Origin: Marsupella aquatica
Lineage: Eukaryota; Plantae; Marchantiophyta
Length of the DNA stretch: 64,000 nt
Assembly (NCBI GenBank): GCA_973895155.1
Contig: OZ316895.1
Coordinates: 14,824,816 to 14,888,815 of the forward strand
Reading direction: 5' to 3'
Made by a program: the position numbers and the translations under genes. This document shows, piece by piece, positions 25,096 through 37,275 of the stretch. How positions within the stretch are numbered: the stretch's first letter is position 1; each line of letters opens with the position of its first letter. The notes below the pieces were generated by a model, which saw nothing but the letters and a program-made list of their open reading frames with translations, was not told where the DNA came from and ran no database searches.

Positions 25096-27345
25096 TTAAT
25101 AAGCCTGTCGGGCATATCGAGTCTTCATTGACTAAGCTCTTCTTATCTACCAATTGGCTCCGTAACAATGAGATTAAGTGTTACCCACTAACTAAGTCCA
25201 TCTAGTGTAAGTAGTAGTTGCACATCTAACCGCAACCACCACCTAAATCTGGCTTGACTAATTGCAGTTCCATAGTAACTCTAGACAGGCTAAGAGTAAA
25301 TGCCCAACAAGTTTTTCTGCATCAATAATTATCCCTTCAAAGTGATTGTTGAACTAGCTCAACTCAACTCAACTCAACTCAACTTCTTAGGCAAACAACG
25401 CAGCCCAACTCCGCTTCAAACTTTCTTGAGGATGATTAGTTGGATGGGATTTTACAAAAAGAGCCTTGCCCTTGTGATCTAGCATTTGCCATTGGCAAAA
25501 AACTAAGTTTGGACTATCCTAGTCATATATACTTGTTGTTCAAGTATTCATCACAATGGGTTAGTTGAGATTTTGGCTCCCAAGATGTGCTTGATCTACA
25601 CTGATATGCAATGTAATACTTCTTTGTCCCCTTCATTCTCCATTAGACAATTCCTTTATTGGTGGTATATATGGCCTATATGGATTTTTCCTTGAGACCT
25701 TGCCCCTCATTTGTGTCAGTCCAGCTGTGTTCAATGTTGCCTTCAAAGCCTACATGTGTGAAACAAATAAATGGGGGATCATGTTGTTAGTTGTCTTTGT
25801 AGAGTTTTAATGTTCCACATTATATGTGGACTGATGCAGGCTAGTTGTAGTTTCTTTGGACTTAAGCTATATCAAAGTTACAGGCTCTATTTAACCAATT
25901 CCATGAGCATTTGTTGCATAGCAATTGAGGATTAATCCCTACAACCCAGATTTTAAGAGCCAAGTCTCCAGTATGGCTCTTGGTATGCATGAATAGTGAT
26001 CTAGAGCCTGAGAACCCAAAAGGATCCTATCACTCATCAAAATCACAATATGACAATGAATTCAATGTTTATTGACATTGAAAGGAATGAACTTGAGGAT
26101 GACCAAGATGCGGTTGTAGCCCATCCTTGTAAAGTCTTGGCCCAAGATGACTTAGTTTGCTCATGATTGGCCATGACACCCATCTATTGACATCATTTCT
26201 CATGGTGCCCAACCAAGATCTCTACAAGTAACAATTGTTGTGCAAATCCACATCGTCATACAACATACATAACTGACATATCATACTCAGATCCATACAT
26301 AACATAGACAAGAGCATGTACACAAATACAAGCTTACCACAATTGAAATTCGTAAAATACACACTATCACAAAACATGTATAGAATCACAAACATTTGAA
26401 CCAAACCCACACCACTATCCATGACAATCTAGGTCAAAGTTAACTGGAACCATTTTAGACAAGGAGCACTACTCACTACCAAGACTAACTCTCAAAGCAA
26501 CAGGCTCAACTCAAAAAACAAACTGTTCTTTGAGCTCATTGCACACTATACCCTTCAACCTGAGGGCGTGCCCTACTGGAAAAGTCATCCTCAACAAAGC
26601 ACCCATCCAATCCTATGCATGACATCCCTATCTAGGCACTACGGCCTTACATAAGGCATGACCTCCACTAGCCTACTATATTCAATGACACATTAATCCA
26701 ACAGATTCAGGTTCAAACCATTTCTTCACCAGAACGGTTCATGACCAATTTGACTACATTTGGTTGAGAAGTGACATTTTTAATTGTACATCTTGTTTTG
26801 GAATTGAGATATCACATTTGAAACCTGACCGCAGGAATTGTGGATCGATGGTCATGAACACGCAGATATTGAGTTAAAGGGAAAATCTTATTCTACTTGG
26901 GCTCAATGTGATAGAGCTTTAGATGACTAAGAGACAAAAATGCGTTCGAGTTTTAAGAGGCTTCATAGGAATAAGAATAGGCTCTTTGCAGTGTGTCAAA
27001 AAGGGATCAAAATGATCAAGATGCTTTGCACCGCTTCATTTAGTTCCTTCACATATTAAAGGAGACAGGTAATATTAGCATTTGAACTAGTCACCTAATT
27101 CATACTTGTGATCAAGGCATACACTTGTGGAGGCATGGGGCACACATGAGACTTGGGTTGAGGAGAAGGTTGAGGGCACCGTTACAGTGAACCAGTATAT
27201 CTCAAATAAGGATTTGAGAGGTACTCTTTGAGAGACACACTCTGGTGACACCACAAATTGTAAGAAATTGGACAGACCAGAATGGTAGCAAGAATGCGGA
27301 ACATGAGTGTGGACACAAATCTTACACTAACCATAAAGATAACAT

Positions 27346-27481
27346 AGTGGAGAAACTCTTGAAGGATCCATAGCATGAGAGAGTACATGTGGTGGAGAAT
27401 CTCTTGAAGGATCCATAGCATGAGAGAATACATGTGGTGGAGAAACTTTTGAAGGATTCATAGCATGAGAGAGTACATGTG
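27346..27481. repeat. Tandem repeat, 3 x 45 bp
   Basis: Unit ~GTGGAGAAACTCTTGAAGGATCCATAGCATGAGAGAGTACATGTG; seen as a 15-aa periodicity in the ORF track. Confidence 0.85.
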
Positions 27482-28969
27482 AAGAATGAGGAAGAGAATT
27501 CTCTTCCTCCAGCCTATATCCTTCCAAGGGGACTAAGATGTGTGGGCTAAGAGTCAAAATAGCATCACAAATGTTCATTTTCCAGATAGAGAGGGTCACA
27601 ATCATGAGGGTTGTGTTGGCCCTCATTGGAATGCACAAGTGCAAATGAATAGGTCCAATACTATGGAGAGGGAGATGGTAGAGGCTGTCCAACACCAAAA
27701 TGAACTTCTTGCATTGGTACAAGGAGATGTTTCCATTGATCCAGGCAATAGTATCTAACGATATGCTATAGGATAGTCTCCTAGTCTTTAAACCAGCACT
27801 AGCCATGACAAAACCTGGATCCACCAGGTTTCACCATAAGTAGTACCCTTTTCCTAAACTATGGAGCAAATGGCACAGGAGAGGAGAAGAATGAGTGGAA
27901 AGTGAAATATGGCTAGTGACGTTTTTAAGGAGCAATTTAAGTTACATAGCTATATGGCCATTACACAATGACCATAAATATTGTGACTACTAAATTATCC
28001 ACTGAGTATAACATTTGACAGTTATTTGACATGGATGTGACTGCAATTTTGTGGGTTTGTGTTGCCAATGCTATATTTGGGCTCAGCTTAGTCCATAACA
28101 CTTCCATAACTAATCCCTTCAGGTATTCTTAAACATGATAGTTTTCTTTATAATTGTCTTTGCTTGTGAGGGTTGGATGACCAGATGGTGAGGGCACCAT
28201 TCTGGAATTTTGAAAGAAAACTTGGACCTTCCTTTTTTATCTTTTGAGGAAAACTTCAGCCAAACAAGGTTCCTGGACACAAAGTGCAAATACTTCAAAG
28301 CGGAGTGGTGGGTTTTAGTCCACCCCACAACATGCATGAAGTCACTCTACCAGTCTATATTTGTCACATTTCACAGTTTAGGCATTAAAGGAAGTTTGCT
28401 TGGATTAGGGAATAAGGGTTCAAAATGTCATACTTAAGGTTTTAGTCAAAAAAAGGTATGGCCAATCCACAATGTCTAGTATATATCAGTCTCCACCTGT
28501 ATTTACAAATGTATGTATGGGTGTATGTATGGCGCAACTCATCTAAGCACATTGCCTCACCTCTTCCTCTTTGGTCACTAAATCATGCTCAGCCTGGCAA
28601 TGGAGTCACTTCAATGGAGTCTATAGAATGACTAAAAATGGCAGAGCAAGACGGGAGTTCCTTTCACTAGAACTCACTGACTTTTTCTGGTCCCCTTGCT
28701 CAGTATGCAAAGATTTAGAAATCTAGCCTGATTACCTATTCAAGAAAGATAAGACGAAAAAAACCTTACACAAAAGAATCTCCCTTGTGATCTTTGTTTT
28801 CTTTGCCTCTTTCGCTCATGCACTCACTGTCAGTTTTGTTTTTATCTAGAGTTGTCTAGAGGCTTCAGTCTAGAAGTAGACCCCCAAGCCTCTAGTAGTC
28901 TAGACCCAACTTTGGCTTCTGTTCCCAAATATTATATAGATGTTTCAATTATATTTTTGCATTTTTACC

Positions 28970-29170
28970 CTTCATGCGGTTCTTCAGCAGTACAATAATA
29001 TCTAGTACTATACTATACATGAAATCACTAACTTGCCTGATGGGACTGATTATTCGTTGAAACACCACCTTTCATGCGGTTCTTCAGTGCAGCACAATAA
29101 TATCCAATACTATACTATACATGAAATCACTAACTTGCCTGATGGGACTGATCTATTCGTTGAAACACCA
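28970..29170. repeat. Tandem duplication, 2 x ~100 bp
   Basis: TTCATGCGGTTCTTCAG...TTGCCTGATGGGACTGAT...CGTTGAAACACCA occurs twice head-to-tail. Confidence 0.85.
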
Positions 29171-30228
29171 ACAAATCTCCACTGTTTGTTATCATTTCAA
29201 TCGTGGTGGAATTTGTTGTCAATTTCTCCAGTCTGTGGACTAAAGATACTACCAATGTTGTTATTACAGCTTTCTTTGTTTGCTTGTACTAATCTACGGT
29301 TCCTGGTGGTTCAAGCTCGTACTAATGTACGGCTCCTGGTCGTTCAAACCAATGCCGAATGCCTACGCATTTTCCATCTAGGAAAGGCACGCGTTGACCA
29401 GCTCGTTGTCTCCTTGAAAATGTCTTCATTTTCATCTTCATTTTCATCTTCGCAATGCCCACAGCTGCTGCGAGTTCCCTGACTGGTCGTTGCACCCCTG
29501 CCATGGCAAAAAGGCATTGCATAATCCTCATCGTTATTCTCACCTCGTCATCCGTATAGCTTGCCACAGTGTTGCTGCAGTCTTTTGCTCTCTCTTGGCT
29601 GGTGGTTGTAATCGCATGCCTCTCCCTCTCGTACCTCCTTACCTGCCTCTACCCACATATTTCACCGTCATCAAGCATCACATCTGGGACTTCAGAAGAT
29701 GCAGGGGCTTCATCATCACTATTGTCCCATATCTGCACACTTTTAGACGACGTTCCTCATGCTGGCCGTGCGGAAGAAGCTCGAGCCTCAGATGCCACTG
29801 TGCCGCTGAAGTCAGTCAAGTGTGGTGCTTATGTCTTCCTCCACGATGTCCACGGCCTCGTCCTCTCCCTATAGTCCCTTTTCCTCAAGCCTCGGGAACA
29901 GCCTCCCTTGCAGATCCTCCCCTGTCAGTAACTTCTTCAGGTTTCCTACTACTGGGATTGGGAGGGATCCCAGGTTTTCCTCACCATCCCTAAAGTCTCG
30001 CTAACTACTATGCACAGTAGCAATCTGTTTTTCCAGCCATGACAGTACTTTTTGGTCTTACCATACCAGGAATCAGTGTAATTCAGATAGTTGCATAGTA
30101 TCATCCGAACAATACAGCACAAACAGCCGAGAAAATTACCTGAGTGTCTTCCACATTAATTTGGAGCCTTTGCATATGGAACATTGACAAATGTTGTGTA
30201 CAATTTTGTTGACAGTTCAAGCCTTTGC

Positions 30229-32985
30229 TTACTTTTTCCTACCACCACGTTCTCTAAGTCCTAATGTTAAGGTTTCACCAGGCCCGATATTATAATGTGC
30301 CAAGGACAGGTTGTCCTTGAGAAACAGTAAGTGACTATTGAGCTTCTGCTTGTTGGCGGGCAGCGCAAGTTCATTGGCAATCTTCTCCTTCACATTCAAG
30401 ATAGTTTCAGATAGACTTTGAATGGTAAGCTCCAGCATTTGGCCTTTAAGGTTGCCTTCACCTTCGACAGCTGGTACTGATACTGTAATGCGGACTGGTC
30501 CCTGTTGAAATACGGATCAGAAAAATCGTTAAGACTTTCCAGGAAAGTATCAGAAGTCATCCCCACGGTACGATTATAATTATGAAGATGTTACACTTTC
30601 CTTATCAACCACATACAAGGTATATCGACAGGACGATTCCAAATTATCAAAAATGGCTATGTTCATGAACAATATAAAGCAAGGGGCTCAAAGAAAATCA
30701 CAAACCCACACAGAAATCAATGGTCTAGAGAAATCAAGGCAGTGTACAACACGTTAACAAATCTCTACGCAGAGACTAAATCCTGCACTGGATCCGAAAT
30801 ATGGACAAGCCCAGAAACGAACCGGATGCTGGGCCAGGAATTGATCTTCCGGAATAAGCTGCACTTCGTCCATCTTTTGTCTCTTTGGCTCTGGTTCCTC
30901 TGGTGGGGGAGGAGGCACCTCTTCTGGTGGAGGAGGTGGCGGCAAGGCTGAAGGTGGCGGTGGTGGAGGGGGAGCCATTGGCATTGCAGGGGGCATGACA
31001 GGAGCAAAGGGTCGAGGTGGAGGTGCATATTGAGGTACTCCTACCGGTGGAGGCACCATTTGAGGGGGAAGGGGTGCTGGTGACGGCCTGACCAGTGAGT
31101 GATTTTGGGCTGCAGGAAGAGCAGCAGGAGGGGGTGGGCGCATAGGAGGGGGAGGAGTAGGGAGAATTGCTGGTCTGTGGACAATGGGCGGGGCTGGGGG
31201 AGCAGTTGTGGCGGTTGATGTCGAGGGGGGAAGAAGCTGGGTTCTGGGAATGTTTGGAGCTAATCCAGGAGGAGGTGGGAGCGGTCGTTGCGGTGGGGGG
31301 GCCAGCTTTGGACCAGGTGGTGCAGCAGGACCTGGAAGAGGGCGACCATCAGCGGTAAGATTGGACTTCTCCCTGTGGATTGCAGCAATCTGTTCTTCCA
31401 CCGGCATCGTCTGGGCCATGGCTTGATTCGCAGTTCTGCTGATACTCCCTGTGTGTCCATCCCATATGACCTGTTTGGGTTCCTCTATCTTCTTTTCTAT
31501 CTCCGCCTTGACGGCATTGGACACCTCTTCTTCAGTGGTTCCAAAAATATCAGGCCTCGTCCTAGCCAGACCCACAATGTTCCGTGAAATTTCATCATCC
31601 GTGGCGAGTGTTGTCTCCCGAAGTTTGGCCATCATTCTCTCCTTCTGTTCCTTATACTTAGGGTCAATGAGGGAGATGCGCATGTGCTCAGCCATCTCAT
31701 CAATCTGAATTAGCTCGCCAGTAATAGGTGAAACCACAAACTTCCTGGGGTCCTTCTCTGCAGGAATCCTGTCCTCCGGCCTTCTCCAGTTCTTCACAAT
31801 TCTCATCGGTGGGTCTACTTCGTCCATGGGCTGCTCACTAGAATCATCGCCCTTTGCAGAGTCTTGAAGGCTGGTAGCCTTCATGCTCTCCTCAACAAGA
31901 TCCATTTCCTCTTCGTCCATTTCCATCTCCACTTCCCTGCCAGCCTGCGCAATTTCCTCTTCGTCCTCTGTTGCCAGAGCCTTGCTTCTTCGTATGACAT
32001 CCTCCAATGTCATGGGCTGAGGCAGCTCATCATCTTCCTCTTCGGCAAACTCGATGGTTTCCACCACCACGAAATCGTGCCAGTCAATCAGAGCCATCTG
32101 CATCCTTTCCTGCTCGATCTCATCCTCAGCCTTCTGTCTCGCCCTCTCCTGCGACAGCTCCCACTCTAGTCTCTGGAAACCCCTTTCTAGAACTACGGTC
32201 TTACTCAAACCGTCCGCCTTCATCCTATCAAGAAGTCCCTTCGGAGGCATGAGAACCTTTGAGTAAGCATCCGCCAATGCTGTGAAAAAGCTGAACAAAC
32301 TGTGCGTTGGCTTCAAGAAGTAGAATTGTGGGCTGCTATGCTCTCTACTCGTGAGCCCATTGAGGAAATTCTTGCCATTCCGAGCAACGAATTGCGCTGT
32401 CAGCTTGATTATATCCAGGTCCAGCGACGTTAGACCCTCGGGTAGCCTCACAGTGTATTGCTCCGGTTCTGGTGGATCCAAAACCTTGGTCACAGGTTTG
32501 GTCTCTATGTTGTCAGCTTTGGTCACTTCCAGTTCCTTGGGAACAGCAGCTGCCCCACCTTCCGGAGGTCTTGGTGCATTTGCTGCTGAAGCAGCAGCAG
32601 AGTCCACGCCGGGAGTCTGAGCTGGAGCTTGCAGCTGCGCTCTGAACTCCGTAACTCTGTGCTGATAGTAAGCATGGTACGGGTCCTCGGACTTAAGAAA
32701 GTTGAACTTCACGTTTCCTTTCTCGTTCGCGAGAATGCGTTTTTCAAACTCCGGCCCGTTCCGAGCGACAAACTGGGCAGTCTTGTCCACGATGCTACGG
32801 ACATCAGGCGGGGGATGGATGATACCAATAGTTCTCGTCTGCGTGGCTACGGACGCCGGCTTGACCTTCTCTTCATTGTCAACCTCGACCTCCGCCTCCT
32901 CTGGGAGCTGGGAAATGGGAAGCGGCCCGACGATGCCACCTGGCGGAGGTGCAGGCAGTGCCAACACCTCCCCTAATCCTGGCAT
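30229..32985 (-). CDS. SF3A1: Splicing factor 3A subunit 1 (Prp21/SAP114); exons 32985-30823 and 30501-30229, ~811 aa
   Basis: Two SURP domains (IVDKTAQFVARNG; IIKLTAQFVARNG), IDWHDFVVVETI, HMRISLIDPKYKEQK, Pro-rich region, C-terminal ubiquitin-like domain ending RERGGRKK; phase-0 GT-AG intron 30822-30502. Confidence 0.96.
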
Positions 32986-33581
32986 CGTGAATTCTCACTC
33001 TATGTCTTGTGCAGCAACCCTACATAAATCCACTCCTCTTCGTCTTCTGCTTCGAAAATCGTCGTCCCGTCTCCTCCTCCTCGCTCCGCCTCGTTTCCCC
33101 GATACTCCTCGTTATCTACTTCAATTGCTCCCCGTTGTTTCTCCCATCCTCCTCATCTACTTAAAGTTCTGAGGCACGAATACAATGGACACCCAACGAG
33201 GACCCCAATTAGCTCTGTACGGGAGATCATTCCAAAGCTCGAACAATTTGGAGAACAACAATTCAATCCATTATTCGCTTGTCATGAATCCGCTTGTTGC
33301 GAAACTGTAGCGTACCACCCCGCACAAGGGGAGTACTAGGCCACCCAGCTCGAGAACCGGGCTTTCCCGCTCAGAGAACAGGCCCACCGAACTCATGCAT
33401 CATTAACAACAAACGACATCCTCTGTACAGATTCCGACTTATTGTTCCTTCGCTTCGCTTTTGCTGTTTGCTTCCGTGGCTGAGACAGAGTGAGACGACA
33501 ACATTCTGCCCGACGAAAAACCCTAAAACCAAGTGAGCCTCGACCATGTTATAACAATTGCGTTTCTGCCTTCCTCCTATT

Positions 33582-34709
33582 ACACCAGGTTAAATCAACA
33601 CCGCATTAAGGCTCCTCAGCCTTCTTGGGGCCCGTACCCTGTCCGTCACAAATCCCAAAGCTACTGTCCGCAAACCCACTTGACCGTCAATCACCGTTCT
33701 GGCAGACTCTAAATGTATTAGCCCCCGATCCATCAACTGACGAAAAAATTTGATTCTTTTCAAATTTGAAACCCCTTAGGCCGTAGGACATGCCTAGCCT
33801 TGAACGCCCATGTCTCCCTCTATTTTCGTCCCTTGTTTTAATTCTCAGTTTTTGTTATTGTGGTTTGTTGTTTGCATTCGTGTGACTGTTCTGGCAGCCC
33901 CGCATTTGCCCAACTGTAAGAATTGTCGCATTTGTGTGACTGTTCTGGCAGCCCTGCATTTGCATAGCTATAAGGGTGGACATTTATTACGGCGGGAAGA
34001 GAGGAAGAAGGACTATGACTTTGAGGACAACAAAAGCAAGGGAACAAGCAGCTTCATCTCAAATTACCAATATGGTAAGTTCTATATTTTTTGTTTGTTC
34101 CAATTTATGTTCTATCCTTACGACAACTCTTATAGCTTCACAATGCGGGGCTGCCAGAACAGTCATACAAATGCAACAACCTTTATAGCTACGTAAACGT
34201 GGGGTTGCCAAAACAGTCACTCGAATGCGACAACCCTTACAACTGCGCAAACACGGGGCTGCCAAAATAGTCTCACGAATGCAAGCAACAAACATAGGTG
34301 CACAATTGCGACAACCCTTATAACTGGGTGATTGCAGGGCTGCCTGAACAGTCACACCAACGCGACAACCCTTATAGTTGCGTAAACGCGGGGCTGCCAG
34401 AACAGTGACATGAATACAAACAACAAATCACAATGACAAAAACTGAGAATTACGACAAGGGACAAAAATAGAAGGAGATGTGGGCGTTCAAGTCTAGGCA
34501 TGTCCCGCGTCCTAAAGCACATCAAATTCGAAAAGAATTGAACTTTTATGTCTGTCGATGGATCGGGGGCTAATACATTTAGAGTCTACCAGAACGGGGA
34601 TTGACGGTCAAGCGGGTTTGCGGGCAGCAACTTTGGGATTTGTGACGGGCAGGGTACGGGCCCCAAGAAGGCTGGGGAGCCTTAATGCGGTGTTGATTTA
34701 ACCTGGTGT
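33582..34709. mobile_element. Non-autonomous foldback DNA element (1128 bp) with ~400-bp inverted arms and 8-bp TSD
   Basis: Termini ACACCAGGTTAAATCAACACCGCATTAAGG / CCTTAATGCGGTGTTGATTTAACCTGGTGT; CTCCTATT at 33574-33581 and 34710-34717; internal 54-bp tandem units. Confidence 0.9.
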
Positions 34710-35415
34710 CTCCTATTCCTCTGGGGCACTTTGGGAGTTTTGTTCACCGAAGCAAACTGGAGGGCCATGCACACACTAAATATAGTGTTCCCAAGCTAAA
34801 AACATTTTTTTGAATACTTATATTGCCCCCAAGGTCTTTTGCAGCCAAGTGCAACCAGTCGTGCCAGATTGAGGACTTTTAGTCATGCCGTCCCTTAATA
34901 TTACAATCTTCTTTGAAATGCATCAAAAACAATGCTGGTTGCATTGTTGTAGGTAGACAGTCACTAAATGACAAATACATAAGTAATTTTCCATATTTCT
35001 ATATGTAAGTGTACACATGCATTTATCAATTAGTGCAAACCACAAATGAGCAGATAAGAGTCTCTAGTAGACTGTTACATAAAGTAATTTTAGTCACTTA
35101 CCAATTAGTTGACAAATATGGTACTTAGATAGTACTCCCATGTCCAAAGTTGGCCAAATGGTAGTATTCAGGCAATCATGTTTACAACTCCATCCCAGGA
35201 GGCCTTTGCCTTACACATTGTAAAGCCCTGTGGTGGGCATTGTAGGGTATAATGCCCCAAAAGAGAAGGGCTTTAGCCAAAGATTTTAGGGACTCTAATT
35301 GCAGACTTGAGTAGGGTTTTGCACTAGGAGATAAACCCTCACCATTAAACTAGGTAACACCATGGCAGACTTTAAGAATGTGGTCCATTCCAAAGCTTGG
35401 CATGGACCATGTGTA

Positions 35416-35747
35416 TGTTAGGGTGAACTCTAGTCTTGGGTTAACCACTTATTACTTGGACTAAGTTGCCATTAGGGTGTTAATGGCGATTAGTCATGAC
35501 TCTTGCATCTAGCATATAGGGGGCCTAGGGAAAACTCTTCTTGGAGAATCATGCTCATTATTGAGTGAGCTAGCTAGGTGTTAGGAGGAGAGCTTGTGCA
35601 AGGAGTCTTTGTATGGCCATGGTGGCCAAAGCTCTTGTGTGTTCCCATGGATGTACCTTTGACAAAGGTAACCACTTATCTCTTGGCGTCAATCTGTGCA
35701 TGCTTGCTAGTTGTGCTCGTGTTTGCTTCGTGATGATTTTCCCAACA
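35416..35747 (+). mobile_element. Solo LTR (332 bp), diverged relative of the copia LTR
   Basis: TGTTAG...CCAACA flanked by GTGTA on both sides; shares AAAGCTCTTGTGTGTTCCC.TGGA.GTA block. Confidence 0.8.
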
Positions 35748-35943
35748 GTGTATGCATGCGTTCAAGAATTGTTAATACAATGAGACCTATACAAGTGCAA
35801 CCTCGATGAGTGAAATCTCACTATAAATGCAAGAAATGCTGTTTGAAAAAATAAATAGTAACATGTCCCTCAATACTTTGATTTTAGTGCATGATTTTCA
35901 GCTATAGTAATAACACAGGCATTAGGTGATTACAAGTACTAGC

Positions 35944-36291
35944 TATTATGATTTATTTTTAGATCTAGAGTTACAACTATACCGTAGTTAAGGCTAACCT
36001 TAGTTGCAGACTTGGTTAGGTTAGTCATGTTGTGCACACTCTATATACCCAAAGCGGTGTTTGCCTGGAGAGTGGAGACTCAAGCTCATTGTTACAGAGC
36101 TAGTTGAGAGATAAGGAGAGCTTTTGCTGTGGATGCTTGGTATGGCCGGTCGACCTAGAGTACAATAAAGCTCTTGTGTGTTCCAGTGGACGTAGTCTCA
36201 TGTGGAGGTGAACCATGTATCTCTTTGTGTCGACTCTTGTGCGTTGGATGGTCCATGGGCTTGCCGTTGCAATTGTCGTCTATGCTCAACA
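35944..36291 (+). mobile_element. Solo LTR (348 bp); 3' half closely matches the copia LTR, 5' half differs
   Basis: CTAGC direct repeats at 35939-35943 and 36292-36296; ends ...TATGCTCAACA; 5' TG appears mutated to TA. Confidence 0.8.
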
Positions 36292-37275
36292 CTAGCTCAA
36301 ACTACCCGTTCTTTGAACATGAATAGCGAGGAGGACAATAAAAATGTCACCAAAATACTTTCCTTATTCACATTATTTGAAGGTTAATGAAATGATAAAA
36401 AAATAAACATGCATGCGATCATTTTAATAATCATATATAACATACCATACTCCTTTTATGCACATTACTCTTTTTATGTATATATGTTATAGTGATCATA
36501 AAACATATTTTTTTTAATGTAAATAAAAATCATGACAAAAAGCATACATGCTTTACATTTCAAATATATCATGGTCATGAGTTTTACATTCACATATGAG
36601 TCTAGATTCTTCACTCTAGCTTATAGTTGAGATTACAACTATAATTTCTTGATAACTATTGTCTTGACCATTAGCCTAAACAGTCATTTTGTGCTACATG
36701 ATAGGGTATTTTTGTGCTACATGATAGGGTATTGATTGACTCTCCTGCCATACTTCCTTTGCCATGCTGAGGTTTGATTGCCTAAAAGTAGGAATTTCAC
36801 GAGAGGTCCACAGGGACACTTTTGGTACACAGTGCTAAAATACCTGGAACGATTTTTGATGTTTGTGAATTGGGGAGCTTCATAAACACAAGGTACAAGC
36901 TTTATCCAACAAGTCACAAGTTACCTCGAATTTGATCAAATTATTGCATGTTCGATGGTGCAAACAGATTGCTGTAACCTTGCCTTGGCACTCATCGAAG
37001 TGTCACTGGAACTTAGCTACGATTGACAAGGGAGGCAATTGAGCTACTTTGCTCTTCGATCTGGGTAGCAGGATAACTACCCCCCTGTAGTTCGTGAAAT
37101 GCTACCTGCCAGACATATGACGATCCCCAGCGACCAGCAAGTTACTTGGGGCTCCTGTGCTGTAGGGACTGGCAATCTACAGTAAGTTCGCCTGTCTACA
37201 GGATATTGCGTTGGGGGTTCATGAGTACGTGAGCGGCGAAGCTTCTGAAGATTTCATCGGGTGGTGCAAGTAGCC

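Larger units (their letters stand above)
18120..25309 (-). mobile_element. Older diverged solo LTR (18120-18273 + 25101-25309, ~363 bp) split by the copia insertion
   Basis: TG...CA ends flanked by 5-bp direct repeat AGTTT (18115-18119, 25310-25314); shares blocks with the young LTR (GTTCACCTC, GGAACACACAAGAG, GCTCCGTAACAATGAG). Confidence 0.75.

Noticed and set aside
27346-27481. 45-bp and 54-bp (34120-34420) repeats as CRISPR-like arrays
   Set aside because: Head-to-tail units without unique spacers, no cas genes, eukaryotic context.
31167-33172. Plus-strand ORFs overlapping SF3A1, and antisense ORFs over the transposase and pol genes
   Set aside because: Shadow frames of real coding sequence with no recognisable motifs.
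33810-34355. Cys-rich ORFs inside the foldback element
   Set aside because: Periodicity comes from the 54-bp tandem units; no transposase motif.
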